From Mustelus asterias (taxonomy: Eukaryota): a DNA stretch of 64,000 nt. Each line of letters begins with the position of its first letter. The stretch's first letter is position 1. Made by a program: the position numbers and the translations under genes. The stretch is taken from NCBI RefSeq assembly GCF_964213995.1, contig NW_027590224.1:434001-498000 (forward strand), in the 5' to 3' direction. The notes beneath the pieces are model-generated. The model saw only the letters and a list, made by a program, of their open reading frames with translations. It did not search any database and had not been told where the DNA came from. Below, piece after piece: positions 10,110 through 23,304 of this stretch.

Positions 10110-11760
10110 GTCATCAATGATGCTATCAAGTGGCACTTGCTTACCATACCTAGCACCTCGGAGGATGGCTGTGGTGGTCGGAAGTCAATCATCTCAGCTC
10201 CAGGACATCTCTGCAGGAGTTCCTCAGGGTAATGGCCTAGGCTCAACCATCTTCAGTTGATTCATCAATGATCTTCCTTCCATCATAAGATCAGAAGTGG
10301 AGATGTTCACTGACGACTACACTGTTCAGCACTATTTGTGACTCCTCAGATACTGAAGCAGTCCATGTCCAAATGCAACAAGATCTGAACAATATTCAGG
10401 TGTGGGTGGATCAGTGGCAAGTAGCATCTGTCACGCAAATACCAGGCAATGACCATCTCCAACAAGAGAATATCGAACCATCTTGACATTCAATGGCATT
10501 ACCATCGCTGAATCCCCCACTATCAATATTCTGTGGGGGTCACCATTGAGCAGAAACTGAACTAAATTAGCCAAATAAATACTGTAGTTACAACACTGTA
10601 GAGGGTGGGTCATTAAGTATGTTCAAGGCTGAGATAGACAGATTTCTAATCAGTAAGAGGATCAGATTTTATGCGGTTAAGGTGGAAAAGTGCCGTTGAG
10701 GATTTTCACATCAGATCAGTCATAATCTCATTGAATAGCAAGCAGTCTCAATGGGCTTTTGCTCCTGTCTTACAGGTCTTAGCAGGTCAGGGGCTGGGAG
10801 TCCTGCGGCAAGTAACTCACCTCCTGACTCCCCAAAGCCTGCCCGCCATCTACAAGGCACAAGTCAGGAGTGTGAGGGAATACTTTCCACTTGCCTGGAT
10901 GAGTGCAGCTCCAGCAACACTCAAGAAGCTTGACACCATCCAGGACAAAGCAGCATCTAGGGAACTGGAGTAGAACACCATCCAGGACCCCACTTGATTG
11001 GCACCCAATCCACAAACATTCCATGGGTGGCACGGTGGCACAGTGGTTAGCACTGCTGCCTCACAGCTCCAGGGACCTGGGTTCGGTTCCCGGCTTGGGT
11101 CACTGTCTGTGTGGAGTTTGCACGTTCTCCCCGTGTCTGTTTGCTCCGGGTGCTCCTGTTTCCTCCCAGAGTCCAACGATGTGCAAGTTCGGTGCATTGG
11201 CCATGCTAAATTGCCCCTTAGTGTCCAGGATGCGTAGGTTAGAAGGATTCACGGGGTAAAAACATATGGGGTTACGGGGATAAGGCCTAGGTGGGATTGT
11301 TGTCAGTGCGGACTCGATGGGCGGAATGGTCTCCTTCTGAACTGTAGGATTTCTATGATTCACTCCCTCTACCACCAACGCACAGTGACAGCTGTGTGTA
11401 CCATCTACAATTTGCACTGCAGCATCTCACCAAGGCTCCTTATGCAGCATCTTCCAAAACCACGACCGCTACCATCTAGAAGGACAAGGGCAGCAGATAC
11501 CTGGGAACATCACCACCAGGAGGTTCCCCTCCGAGTCACTCACCATCCTGACTTGGAAATATATTACTGTTCCTTCACTGTCGTTGGGTCAAAATCCTGG
11601 ATCTCCCTCTCTAACAGCACTGTGGGTGTACTTACAGCACACGGATTGCAGCGGGTTCAAAATAGTGGCTCACCACCTTCTCAAGGGGCAAGTAGGGATG
11701 GGCAATAAATGCTGGACCCAGCCAGCAACAACCACATCGCGTAAATGAATTTAAAAAAAG
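10110..11760 (+). mobile_element. Degenerate CR1/L2-group LINE (RT to 3' end), interrupted by a CR1 tail (~10605-10775) and a V-SINE (11025-11360)
   Basis: GVPQG, FINDL and FxDD remnants; IYKAQVRS..EY.PLAWM; A-rich 3' end at ~11755. Confidence 0.75.
11025..11360 (+). mobile_element. V-SINE (HE1-like, CR1-type tail)
   Basis: tRNA head, V-domain, ttctatga tail. Confidence 0.85.
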
Positions 11761-11769
11761 ATTTTCACC

Positions 11770-14700
11770 CCAACAATCCTTCTCTAAGCTTCCTTAATGT
11801 GACTCCGCCCCCAATTTTGCCCCCAATAAACTGAACCTTCTGAAATTGGCCATTGAGTTTGACCTTTCACCTCCCGACCAACTTTTCACATTTTACTTGC
11901 TTCACTTTGCTCTCTCAGGACCAATCCTGACTTTCTCATCAAACCTACCAATGAGGGTGGTGCTGTTGTTGTTTGGCTTACTGACCTCTACCTTGCAGAG
12001 GCTGAGCACCAACTCTCAAACACTTTCTCCTACCTCCCCCTGGACCATGACCCCACCACCGAACATTCCAGGACTGTCACTGACCTCATCTCCTCCGGAG
12101 ATCTTCCCTCCATAGCCTCCAACCTCATAGTCTCCCAACCCCAGCCAACCGCCTCTATGTCCTTCCCAAAATCCACAAACAGGACTGCCCCGGTAGACCC
12201 ATCATTTCAGCCTATTCCTGACCCACTGAACTCAGTTCTTCCCATCTTGACTCCACTTTTTCTTCTCTTGACCAGTCCCTTCTCACCGACATCCACGATT
12301 CCTCCGATGCCCTTTGCCATATCAACAATTTCCAGTTCCCCTGCCCAAACCGCCTCCTCCACACCATGGATGTCCAAACCCTTCCCTTCCCTTTCTCACC
12401 AGGATGGCCTCAGAGCTCTACATTTCTTCCTCGAACACAGGCCTGAACAATCCCCACCCACCATCACTCTCCTCCGTCTGGCTGAACTGATTCTCTCACT
12501 CAACAATTTCTCCTTTAACTCCTCTCACTTCCTCCAAATAAAAGATGTGGTTATGGGCATCTGCACAGGTTATGCCTGTCTCTTTATGGAGTACATGGAG
12601 CAAACCCTGTTCCAGTCCTACTCTGGCCCCCTTCCACAACTCTTTCCTTGATACATCGACCACTATTTCGGTGCAGCTTCATGCTCTCGTTTGGACCTGG
12701 AAAAATTTATCAATTTCCACACCTCTATCACCTTCACATGGTCCATCTCTGACATTTCTCTTCCCTTCCTTGACCTTTCTGTCCCCACTTCTGGGATAGA
12801 CTGTCTACCAGTATCCATTACCAGCTCACTAACTACCACAACTACAGCTCTTCACACTCTACATCCTATAATGACTCCATCCCATTCTCTGAGTTCCTTC
12901 ACCTCCGCTGCATCTGTTCCGATAACGTCACTCTCCATAATGACGCTGCCAATATGTCTTCCTTCTTCCTAAATCGTGGGTTTCCACCCACTGTGGTTGA
13001 CAGGACTCTCGACTGTGTCTGACCCATCTCCCGGGCCACTACTCTCACCCACTCCCCTCCCTCCCAGAACGAGGATAGGGTCTCCCTTGTCCTCACTTTT
13101 CATCCCACCCTCCTCCGCATTCTAAGGATCATTCTCCACCATTTCCGCCAACTCCAGCATGATGCCATCACTCAACACATCTTCCCCTCACTCCCTGTCA
13201 GCATTGTGCAGGGACCATTCTGTCCAGAACAATCTGGTCCACTCCTCCATCACACCCACTGCCAATGACCCCTTCCCATGCAATCGCAGAAGGTGCAACA
13301 CTTGCCCTTTCACCTCCTCCCTGATCACCATCCCAGGTCCCAAACACCCCTTTCAGGTGAAGCAGTGCTTCACATGCACCTCCTTCAATCTGCTCTATTG
13401 CATTCATTGCTTCCAATGCGGTCGACTCTACATCGGAGAGACCAAACGCAGACTGGGTGACCGCTTTGCAGAACACCTTCAGTCCGTCCGCAAACAGGAC
13501 CCAGACCTTCCTGTCGCTTGCCATTTCAACGCACCACCCTGCTGTCCTGTCCACACGTCCGTCCTTGGCCTTTTGCAATGTTCCAGTGAACCCCAACACA
13601 AACTGGAGGAACAGCAGCTCATAGAACCATAGAAAATTACAGCTCAGAAACAGGCCTTTTGGCCCTTCTTGTCTGTGCCGAACCATTTTTTGCCTAGTCC
13701 CACTGACCTGCACTTGGACCATATCCCTCCACACCCCTCTCATCCATGAACCCGTCCAAGTTTTTCTTAAATGTTAAAAGTGACCCCGCATTTACCACTT
13801 TATCCGGCAGCTCATTCCACACTCCCACCACTCTCTGCGTGAAGAAGCCCCCCCTAATATTCCCTTTAAACTTTTCTCCTTTCACCCTTAACCCATGCCC
13901 TCTGGTTTTTTTCTCCCCGAGCCTCAGCGGAAAAAGCCTGCTTGCATTCACTCTATCTATACCCATCAAAATCTTATACACCTCTATCAAGTCTCCCCTC
14001 AATCTTCTACGCTCCAGGGAATAAAGTCCCAACGTATTCAATCTCTCTCTGTAACTCAGCTTCTCAAGTCCCGGCAACATCCTTGTGAACCTTCTCTGCA
14101 CTCTTTCAACCTTATTTACATCCTTCCTGTAACTAGGTGACCAAAACTGTACACAATACTCCAAATTCGGCCTCACCAATGCCTTATATAACCTTACCAT
14201 AACACTCCAACTTTTTTACTCGATACTCCGATTTATAAAGGCCAATGTACCAAAGGCACACTTTACGACCCTATCCACCTGTGACATCACTTTGAGGGAA
14301 TTCTGTACCTGTATTCCCTGATCCCTCTGTTCAACTGCACTCTTCAGAGTCCTACCATTTATCCTGTACGTTCTACTTTGGTTTGTCCTTCCAAAGTGCA
14401 ATATCTCACACTTGTCTGCGTTAAATTCCATTTGCCATTTTTCAGCCCATTTTTCTAGTTGGTCCAAATCCCTCTGCAAGCTTTGAAAACCTTCCTCACT
14501 GTCCACTACACCTCCAATCTTTGTATCATCAGCAAACTTGCTGATCCAATTTACCACATTATCATCCAGATCATTGATATAGATGACAAACAACAATGGA
14601 CCCAACACCGATCCCTGCGGCACATCACTAGTCACAGGCCTCCACTCAGAGAAGCAATCCTCCACAACCACTCTCTGGCTTCTTCCATTGAGCCAGTGTC

Positions 14701-15920
14701 TTATCCAATTTACTACCTCCCCATGTATACCTAGCGACTGAACCTTCCTAACTAACCTCCCATGAGGGACCTTGTCAAAGGCCTTGCTGAAATCCAGGTA
14801 GACAACATCCACTGCCTTCCCTTCATCCACTTTCCTGGTAACCTCCTCGAAAAACTCTAATAGATTGGTCAAACATGACCTACCACGCACAAAGCCATGT
14901 TGACTCTCCCTAATAAGTCCCTGTCTATCCAAATATTTGTAGATCCTATCCCTTATCACACCTTCCAATAACTTGCCCACCACCGACATCAAACTTACTG
15001 GCCTATAATTTCCCGGATTTCTTTTGGAACCTTTTTTAAACAACGGAACAACATGAGCCACCCTCCAATCATCCGGCACCTCCCCCGTGAATACTGACAT
15101 TTTAAATATGTCTGCCAGGGCCCCTGCAAGTTCAACACTAGCTTCCCTCAAGGTCCGTGGGAATACCCTGTCTGGTCCTGGGGATTTATCCACTCTGATT
15201 TGCCTCAAGACAGCGAGCACCTCCTCCCCTTTAATCTGTAAAGGTTCCATGACCTCCCTACCTGTTTGCCCTATTTCCGTAGACTCCATGCCTATTTCCT
15301 CAGTAAATACGGATGCAAAAAAACCATTTAGTATCTCCCCCATCTCTTTTGGTTCCACACACAGTCTACCACTCTGGTCTTCAAGAGGACCAATTTTATC
15401 CATCTTCTGATTGGGCACTTTACAGCCTCCAGGACTGAACATTGAGATCAACAGCTTCAGAGCATGAACTCTCCCCTCCACCTTCACCCCATTTCCATTT
15501 ATTTTATTTCTTCTCTTCATCTTATTCGTCCATTTTTATTACTTCATATTCTTATTTTTCCACAACTGAAATCTCACGCTCCATCTTGTCTTCTAATCCC
15601 CACTCCCCACATAGGGTCAACTGCCAGATTCTTTGACAATCTGCACCTTTGTTTTGCCATTTACACATTCCGACCACTTAATGGACACTGTTAGCACCTT
15701 TCCCTGTCTTTATCATCCCCATTCACATTCCCTTCTGTCCCATTACAACCCCTCCCCTCATTGCATAAATCTTGTCCTATTTTCTTCTGCTCTGGCGAAG
15801 GGTCATCCAGACTCCAAACATTGGCTCTATTCTCTCTCCACAGAGGCTGTCAGACCCGCTGAGATTTTCCAGCATTTTCTGTTTTAGTTTCAGATTTCCA
15901 GCACCTGCAGTATTTTGGCC
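11770..15920 (+). mobile_element. Degenerate Penelope-like retroelement (RT plus GIY-YIG endonuclease), interrupted by a CR1
   Basis: LPKIHK..GRPII, LSLNNFSFN, YID remnants; CNRRRCNTC..LLYCIHC..LYIGETKRRLGDRFAEH (13159-13632); the ORF end (IF*LGTLQPPGLNIE) resumes at 15401. Confidence 0.85.
13621..15400 (-). mobile_element. 5'-truncated CR1 LINE (RT domain, one frameshift near 14210)
   Basis: ORFs 14216-15520 and 13694-14200: NYRPVSL, DFSKAFDKVPH, KFADDTK; ttctatg tail. Confidence 0.95.
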
Positions 15921-15959
15921 TTTTCAAATTTTAACCGTTTTTTCCCAACGTTTCCAGCT

Positions 15960-16400
15960 CGTGGGGGGGCGGGGGCTCAGAGCCATCCGACCAATCAGGT
16001 ATCAGTGAGAACTGACCCCGCCGCTCCAGCCACAGATCAGGCCATTGATTGGTTGGCCCCAGATCAGTCCAGTGATTGATTGCTGTGCTGCCCTATCAGG
16101 TGTCGTATTCCCCTGTCAATCACAGGTCCGCCCCGCCCCCTGCCGCGAGCGGCCTTTATTTGACCCTCCAGGCAGAATCAGCTGGACAATCAGGGAGGAG
16201 GGAGCGCTTGGCCCCTCCCCGCCAATCAGCGCTCTTGCAGCCGGACCGGTGGAAGTTGCTGTCAATCAGGAGCGCCCCCACGTGGGCAACAGTTGATTGG
16301 CTGGAAGCTCGGCCAATGAGAGTGGAGGGCGGGAGCTGGCGGTGCGGTGCAGCTGCCATTTCGGGAGTTGGTGTCAGTCGCTGTGAAGCGGTGGCCGCTT
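15960..16400. promoter_or_regulatory. CpG-rich CCAAT/GC-box (NF-Y/Sp1) promoter-like region
   Basis: CCAAT/ATTGG at 15991, 16048, 16222, 16296, 16313 plus TCAATC/ACAATC variants; GC boxes ~15966, 16128, 16327; CACGTG 16279; YY1-like GCCATTT 16355. Confidence 0.65.
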
Positions 16401-16771
16401 CCTGAGGCAGGGGGAGCTCTGGCAGCGCAAATGTTGGTTTCTGGGTGGATGCTGCTCCCTTTGACTGGTTTAGGATCCAGTGTGGAGCGGGAACAGGGGG
16501 ATTTACACATTCAGCTGGCTGTGTTAACACACTGATCCCATGGTCTGCTCTGCTGCTGCCATTCCCCACTGCCAGCCTCAAACAGGGAGTGCTGTTCCCA
16601 GCCCAGGGACAGCAGCTCCCCAGTGGGGGGGGGGAAGAGGAAGCCCCTTACCCACACCCTCACCCACTTCATGTCTCTCCAGCTCGTCACAGATGTTAGA
16701 GAAAAAGCAGTGTTACTGCCCCCCAATTTGTGAATGGGGGAGGCTCTTATAAAACTCAGCAATCTCTAAGG

Positions 16772-17081
16772 CAGTGGTTCCCAAACTTTTTTCACTGGGC
16801 CGCACTTTCGCAATAAAAATTTGCTCGTGCCACACCGAATTTTTTATTGATAATACATTCAAAAACAAAAAAAAACAACTCCGAGCAGTGCTTGATTCAT
16901 AACATAGAACGCAACTAATTTATAATATCATGGGACATCCAGAAAGTATAAAACAATCACTTTGGAAAAATATCTAATCCATGTTTAAATGTTTCTTTGA
17001 TTGTCCTTGAATCTTCCCGCCACACTTGCCATCCTCTCTCGCCGCACCAGTGTGGCGCGCCGCACCCTTTGGGAACCACTG
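16772..17081. mobile_element. hAT/Charlie-type MITE (310 bp)
   Basis: 14-bp TIRs CAGTGGTTCCCAAA / TTTGGGAACCACTG; imperfect 8-bp TSD ctctaagg/ctcttaag. Confidence 0.8.
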
Positions 17082-18249
17082 CTCTTAAGTGTTTGTTGAA
17101 TAATTGTTCTGTATGTCTCACTCACCATCTTTGTTGTATTCTGTGTGTGAAATAAATTAAATCATTCAAAATTCACAGGGTGGGGTGTGTTTTTGTACAG
17201 ATTTGGGAATCATGACTTCTGATCAATGACCTCATTGACAATGAGGTACTTAGGAATTTTCTAGGGCAGTTGAAGAAAGGGCAGATGAAGTGGGGCAAAG
17301 CATTAATCTTCACCCCCATTGCAGGGGTGGTGGTCCCCACAGTGGAATTGACCAGAATGGGCACCAGAGAGCAGCTGGTGACCCAGAGTGTTAAGGTGGT
17401 GAAAGCCTGAACCCTCCTAATCCCGCAAAGCTGCCACAGTGAACCCACCAAATACAGCTGTACTGGGGAACCCTTAAATATAGTGGACTGTTTGTTGCAG
17501 GTCTTCCTTGATATCCTGCCTGTTACTGTATTTATTACTTTGTTCCACTTAAGTATCCAGACAAAGTCACAGAGTAGTTCAAAATGATTTATTCTTAAAT
17601 TATAGGACTCTGAAAGGTCAGCAAGGCCAGTCAGAATACAGATTTCAGGAATACAGAAGCAGATATAGTTTCAAATTCAATTACAAATAATTAACATATA
17701 CCAATCAAGGTATAGGAGTTATCTCTATCCACTCACAGCTATTGATTAAGGTTACATCATCTGTAAAATACAGATATCAAAACCAATCACAATGGGGAGA
17801 ATTTTACCATTTTGAGTCTAAGTGCCGAATCCAGGCGTCAAATAGATCCGCGCCTGGAATCCTCTTTGCAGCGCGCCCATACGCGTTTTGCCGGCTCCGG
17901 CCCAATCCGCGCCATGTCCGGGCCTTAGTGCTGCCGGACCGATCGGAGCTCTGAACTGCGCATGCGCAGTTCGAAGAAAATCTGACAGAGCGCGCCCGGG
18001 CTCAAAAAAAAGCAGAAAGAGCGGCTCTCTGACGTTCATCCTCTGGTCGGGGGGGAGGGGAGGGGGAGGGGGTGTGACCGATCATCCCCTGGGGGGAGTG
18101 GGAGGGGAGGGGGTGTGACCGATCATCCCCTGGGGGCGGGGGGGGAGAGGGGGTGTGATGTCTCATCCTCTGGTCGGGAGGGGGGTGTCGGCTGCCAGTC
18201 TGCGGCCAATGCCTCCTGCCGGAGTGGACGTGCGGCCATGCCATCCCAC

Positions 18250-19790
18250 GAAACATAGAACATAGAACAGTACAGCACAGAACAGGCCCTTCGGCCCACG
18301 ATGTTGTGCCGACCTTCATCTGAAACCAAGATCAAGCTATCCCACTCCCTACCATCCTGGTGTGCTCCATGTGCCTATCCAATAACCGCTTAAATGTTCC
18401 TAAAGTGTCTGACTCCACTATCACTGCAGGCAGTCCATTCCACACCCCAACCACTCTCTGCGTGAAGAACCTACCTCTGATATCCTTCCTATATCTCCCA
18501 CCATGAACCCTATAGTTATGCCCCCTTGTAATAGCTCCATCCACCCGAGGAAATAGTCTTTGAACGTTCACTCTATCTATCCCCTTCATCATTTTATAAA
18601 CCTCTATTAAGTCTCCCCTCAATCTCCTCCGCTCCAGAGAGAACAGCCCCAGCTCCCTCAACCTTTCCTCATAAGACCGACACTCCAAACCAGGCAGCAT
18701 CCTGGTAAATCTCCTCTGCACTCTTTCCAGCGCGTCCACATCCTTCTTATAGTGAGGTGACCAGAACTGCACACAATATTCCAAATGCGGTCTCACCAAG
18801 GTCCTGTACAGTTGCAGCATAACCCCACGGCTCTTAAACTCCAACCCCCTGTTAATAAAAGCTAACACACTATATGCCTTCTTCACAGCTCTATCCACTT
18901 GAGTGGCAACCTTTAGAGATCTGTGGATATGGACCCCAAGATCTCTCTGTTCCTCCACAGTCTTCAGAACCCTACCTTTGACCCTGTAATCCACATTTAA
19001 ATTTGTCCTACCAAAATGAATCACCTCACATTTATCAGGGTTAAACTCCATTTGCCATTTTTCAGCCCAGCTTTGCATCCTATCTATGTCTCTTTGCAGC
19101 CTACAACACCCCTCCACCTCATCCACTACTCCACCAATCTTGGTGTCATCAGCAAATTTACTGATCCACCCTTCAGCCCCCTCCTCTAAGTCATTAATAA
19201 AAATCACAAAGAGCAGAGGACCAAGCACCGATCCCTGCGGCACTCCGCTAGCAACCTGCCTCCAGTCCGAAAATTTTCCATCCACCACCACCCTCTGTCT
19301 TCGATCAGATAGCCAGTTACCTATCCAATCGGCCAACTTTCCCTCTATCCCACACCTCCTTACTTTCATCATAAGCCGACCATGGGGGACCTTATCAAAC
19401 GCCTTACTAAAATCCATGTATATGACATCAACCGCCCTACCTTCATCAACACACCTAGTTACCTCCTCAAAAAATTCTATCAAATTTGTGAGGCACGATT
19501 TGCCCTTCACAAATCCGTGCTGACTATCCCGGATTAATCCGCATCTTTCTAAATGGTCGTAAATCCCATCCCTAAGGACCTTTTCCATCAATTTACCAAC
19601 CACCGAAGTCAGACTAACCGGTCTATAATTACCAGGGTCATTTCTATTCCCTTTCTTAAACAGAGGAACAACATTTGCCACTCTCCAGTCCTCTGGCACC
19701 ATCCCCGTGGACAGCGAGGACCCAAAGATCAAAGCCAAAGGCTCTGCAATCTCATCCCTCGCCTCCCAAAGAATCCTAGGATACATTTCA
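18250..19790 (-). mobile_element. Young 5'-truncated CR1 LINE with an uninterrupted 484-aa RT/C-terminal ORF
   Basis: ORF 18332-19786 with all CR1 RT motifs; (ctatgtt)n tail. Confidence 0.95.
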
Positions 19791-20094
19791 TCAAACCTTC
19801 AGGATGAAGCAATTCCTCGCGAAGAAGATGAAGCAGAACCGGCCGATTCTACAGTGGCCGATTCCACCGTGTAAAGGGATACACCATCACTGGTACACTA
19901 CCAGCCACAGCCATCTCTCCCGCTCTCTTGCCCCTGCAGGGAAGAGTAATCTGTGGCTGGTAGTGTACCAGTGATGGTGCCAGGAGGCATCGGCCACAGA
20001 CTGGCAGCCGACCCCCACCGCCCCCCCCCCCCCCCCCCCCCCCACCACCCCGACCAGAGGATGATACATCACACCCCCTCCCCGCCCCCCCCCC

Positions 20095-20415
20095 AGGGGG
20101 TGATACGTCACACCCCCTCTCCTCCCCCCCCACTCCGACCAGGGGATGAGACGTCACACCCCCTCTCCTCCCACCCCACTCCGACCAGGGGATGAGACGT
20201 CACACCCCCTCTCCTCCCCCCCCACTCCGACCAGGGGATGAGACGTCACACCCCCTCTCCTCCCCCCCCACTCCGACCAGGGGATGAGACGTCACACCCC
20301 CTCTCCTCCCCCCCCACTCCGACCAGGGGATGAGACGTCACACCCCCTCTCCTCCCCCCCCACTCCGACCAGGGGATGAGACGTCACACCCCCTCTCCTC
20401 CTCCTCCCACCCCCC
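20095..20415. repeat. 46-bp C-rich tandem repeat, ~7 copies
   Basis: aggggatgagacgtcacaccccctctcctccccccccactccgacc starting at 20141, 20187, 20233, 20279, 20325, 20371. Confidence 0.9.
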
Positions 20416-21819
20416 TCCCGCCCCGACCAGAGGATGACCTGGGTCAGAGAGTCGTTGCAGTCTCTGACCCCGCTCTTCGGAAGCTGCAGCAGCGACTTCA
20501 GACTTTTATTTTGCAGGTCGGTTACAGCCCGGACGCGGATCGGGCCAGAAGACGGTAAAGTGGGATTTGGCGGTAGAGTTGGGCGCGCGGTTCATTAAGT
20601 CGATTTAAATACATGCAAATGCATTTAAATCGTCGGGCCGCCCGATTCGGGCGTGGGCCGGACCCACGCCCGAATCGGGTGTCGGTAAAGGTGCGATCTG
20701 CTCGTATTCAGGTGCAGATCGCGTTAAAGGCCCGACGCCCAACTTTACCGTGATTTCGCGCCCGTTTGGTAAAATCAGGCCCAATCATTGCATTCCTGCT
20801 TAATTATAATATCCAATCAGTGTGAAGACTTAAATCATGTCAGCTGACCGAACTCATCATTGATGCCAAGTTATCATTGATGTCCGAGTTTGTGTCTGTG
20901 TTTATGGATATCACTCCCTCCTCCCATGTCCAGATGTCTGATTTAATGAATTCTCTCAGACTCAAGTCCTTTACGTTTATCTGTGTTGGCTTCTATAAAG
21001 ATTTCTGTTTCTCTTATAGCAGCTTATGTGATTTTGAAACTTGAGTGATTATTAACCCTTTTACCGATGAAAGGAAAGATCATGAAAAGCAGATAACCTT
21101 AATACAAACTTTATACAACACAAAATATGATTTAGAGAATCACTAGTAGATTATTTCATTTGTTGTACATAAAGTAATGGCAGTCTTTGGCAGGAATATA
21201 TTTCTCAAAAATACTGTAGTGAGTTTGAATATTTTGGTCTGATTCAATTTAAACCATGTCATTTGTCTGAACACAATATTTTCAAGTTACTTTTTGTAGT
21301 AAATTTCAGTGTAAACTCAGGTGGCACAGACTTTCCCCACCCCAAAAACAAACACTAGCAGACAGAAGACCGTAATAGTTCAGTTTTTACTCTTGGGCTT
21401 TATGTTGCTGATTGACAATCCAACCACATTATTATTCAGCTATTATAATTATCCTTTTATTAAAGAAAGGAGCAGAAATATGTTCTCAACTTTTAAAATG
21501 ATAACTTTGTACACTTTCCACCTCATCCTCCAGTGTCTAATAGAGGGTACGTAAACGTTGACAGCGAATGGAGCTCTGGCAGCATCACCCACACTGAGAA
21601 CAAGTTAATAAATTCATCGGAAACTACCTGATGTTCCCACTCATCAATGGGAAATTTTGGAAGTTACCATCTCACACAGCAAGTGACCAATCGACACAGC
21701 TGACTCGGCAGCCTATCAGAATCCAGTGTTTCACTTCACTGACACACTAGGAAGCTTTTATTGAAACAAATTTTATTTCAACAATACAAATATAACAAAA
21801 ATAATTAGCTTCACTTTTG

Positions 21820-22160
21820 GAAACATAGAAACCCTACAGTGCAGAAAGAGGCCATTTGGCCCATCGAGTCTGCACCGACCACAATCCCACCCAGGCCTTA
21901 CCCCCATATCCCGACATATTTACCCGCTAATCCCTCTAACCGACGCATCTCAAGACACTAAGGGGCAATTTAGCATGGCCAATCAACCTAACTCGCACAT
22001 CTTTGGACTGTGGGAGGAAACCGGAGCGCCCGGAGGAAACCCACGCAGAGACGGGGAGAATGTGCAAACTCCGCACAGACAGTGACCCAAGCCGGGAATG
22101 GAACCCAGGTCCCTGGAGCTGTGAAGCAGCAGTGCTAACCACTGTGCTACCGTGCCGCCC
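21820..22160 (-). mobile_element. V-SINE (HE1-like)
   Basis: Reverse complement of the 11025-11360 family. Confidence 0.85.
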
Positions 22161-22239
22161 ATATTACCAAATGAAAATACTTAATCATGACAAGATACAA
22201 TTCTTAACTGCTAACTTAGCTCTATTAGTTCATATTTTT

Positions 22240-22825
22240 AAGTACTGTTGCAACTATACAAGGCCTTGGTGAGACTGCACCTGGAGTACTGTGCACAGTT
22301 GTGGTCCCCTTATTTGAGAAAAGACGTGGCATTGGAAGCAGTTCAGAGGAGCTTCACCAGATTGATTCCAGAGATGAGGGATTTGTCGTATGAAGAGAGA
22401 TTGAACAGTTTAGGCCTGTACTCTCTGGAATTTAGAAGAATGAGGGGAGATCAAATTGAGGTTTACAAGATGATAAAAGGTATGGATAAAGTAGACGTGG
22501 AGCGGATGCTTCCTCTTGTGGGGCATTCTAGGACAAGAGGTCATCGTCTTAGGATAAGGGGCAGCAAATTTAAAACAGAGTTGAGGAGAAACTATTTCTC
22601 CCAAAGGGTTGTGAATCTGTGGAACTTACCACCCCAACGTGCAGTAGATCTGGGACAGTGAGCAAAATCTAGGGAGGAGTTAGACAGATTTTTAATTGGT
22701 AATGGGTTGAAGGGTTATGGGGAGAAGGCAGGAAAATGGGGACGAGGAGCATAGCAGCCATGATTGAATGGCAGAGCAGATGCAATGGGCCGAATGGCCT
22801 AATTCTGCTCCTATATCTTATGAAC
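22240..22825 (+). mobile_element. CR1 LINE 3' fragment
   Basis: ORF 22248-22661 LYKALVR.HLEYC...RTRGH; cttatg tail. Confidence 0.85.
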
Positions 22826-22829
22826 TTTT

Positions 22830-23302
22830 GAAATTTAAGCAATATTCCTCAGAGGCACAAACCCCTCTTCAAAATCAGTTCGCAAACAATAGGCCTATGT
22901 TCTGGTGCATGGGCTGCCAGACTTCAAGCCTCCAGAACACCTCTGGGGAGAGATATCTATTTTCTAGCAGGTCTCAAACTATAGTCACAAGAGAGGGAGA
23001 GTCTCCTTGCAGACCCAAGTCTAAGTGTAGCTCCTCCCATTAACTCATGACTCAGCCTGTCAATCAACCTAATTAAACCCTACTCTAAAACCCCTGGGGA
23101 CAACCCAAAAAATCAACCGAATTGTATCAGCTCAGCTAAATCATATACCCAAATATCTAGGATCAATTATCCTTCTACATTCCCAGCATGTGGACTGTCT
23201 GGAACAGACAGATTGATACTGATTCAACAAAGTAGGTCTTAATCATACCCTTCCACAAGAACCATGATACAAATACATTTCTTAAAGGCACAGTATCGTC
23301 AC
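22830..23302 (-). mobile_element. Probable solo-LTR remnant
   Basis: Minus strand begins TGTGACGATACTGTGCCTTTAAG, an LTR-like start; no second copy in the window. Confidence 0.3.
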
Positions 23303-23304
23303 AA

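Larger units (their letters stand above)
17794..20782. mobile_element. GC-rich non-autonomous DNA transposon (PIF/Harbinger-like termini) with internal inverted arms, interrupted by a CR1
   Basis: Ends GGGgagaATTTTACCA / TGGTAAAATcaggCCC, 3-bp TSD AAT; 18040-18220 is an inverted counterpart of 19980-20440. Confidence 0.65.

Noticed and set aside
16262-16300. ER-stress element CCAAT-N9-CCACG
   Set aside because: Spacings are 10 and 11 nt, not 9.
16045-16762. Short ORFs over the GC-rich promoter region, and antisense ORFs over LINE/LTR sequence
   Set aside because: No recognisable domains; explained by GC content or by being shadows of TE coding strands.
1522-22160. tRNA genes (A/B boxes at several sites)
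   Set aside because: All run into SINE body sequence; they are SINE heads.
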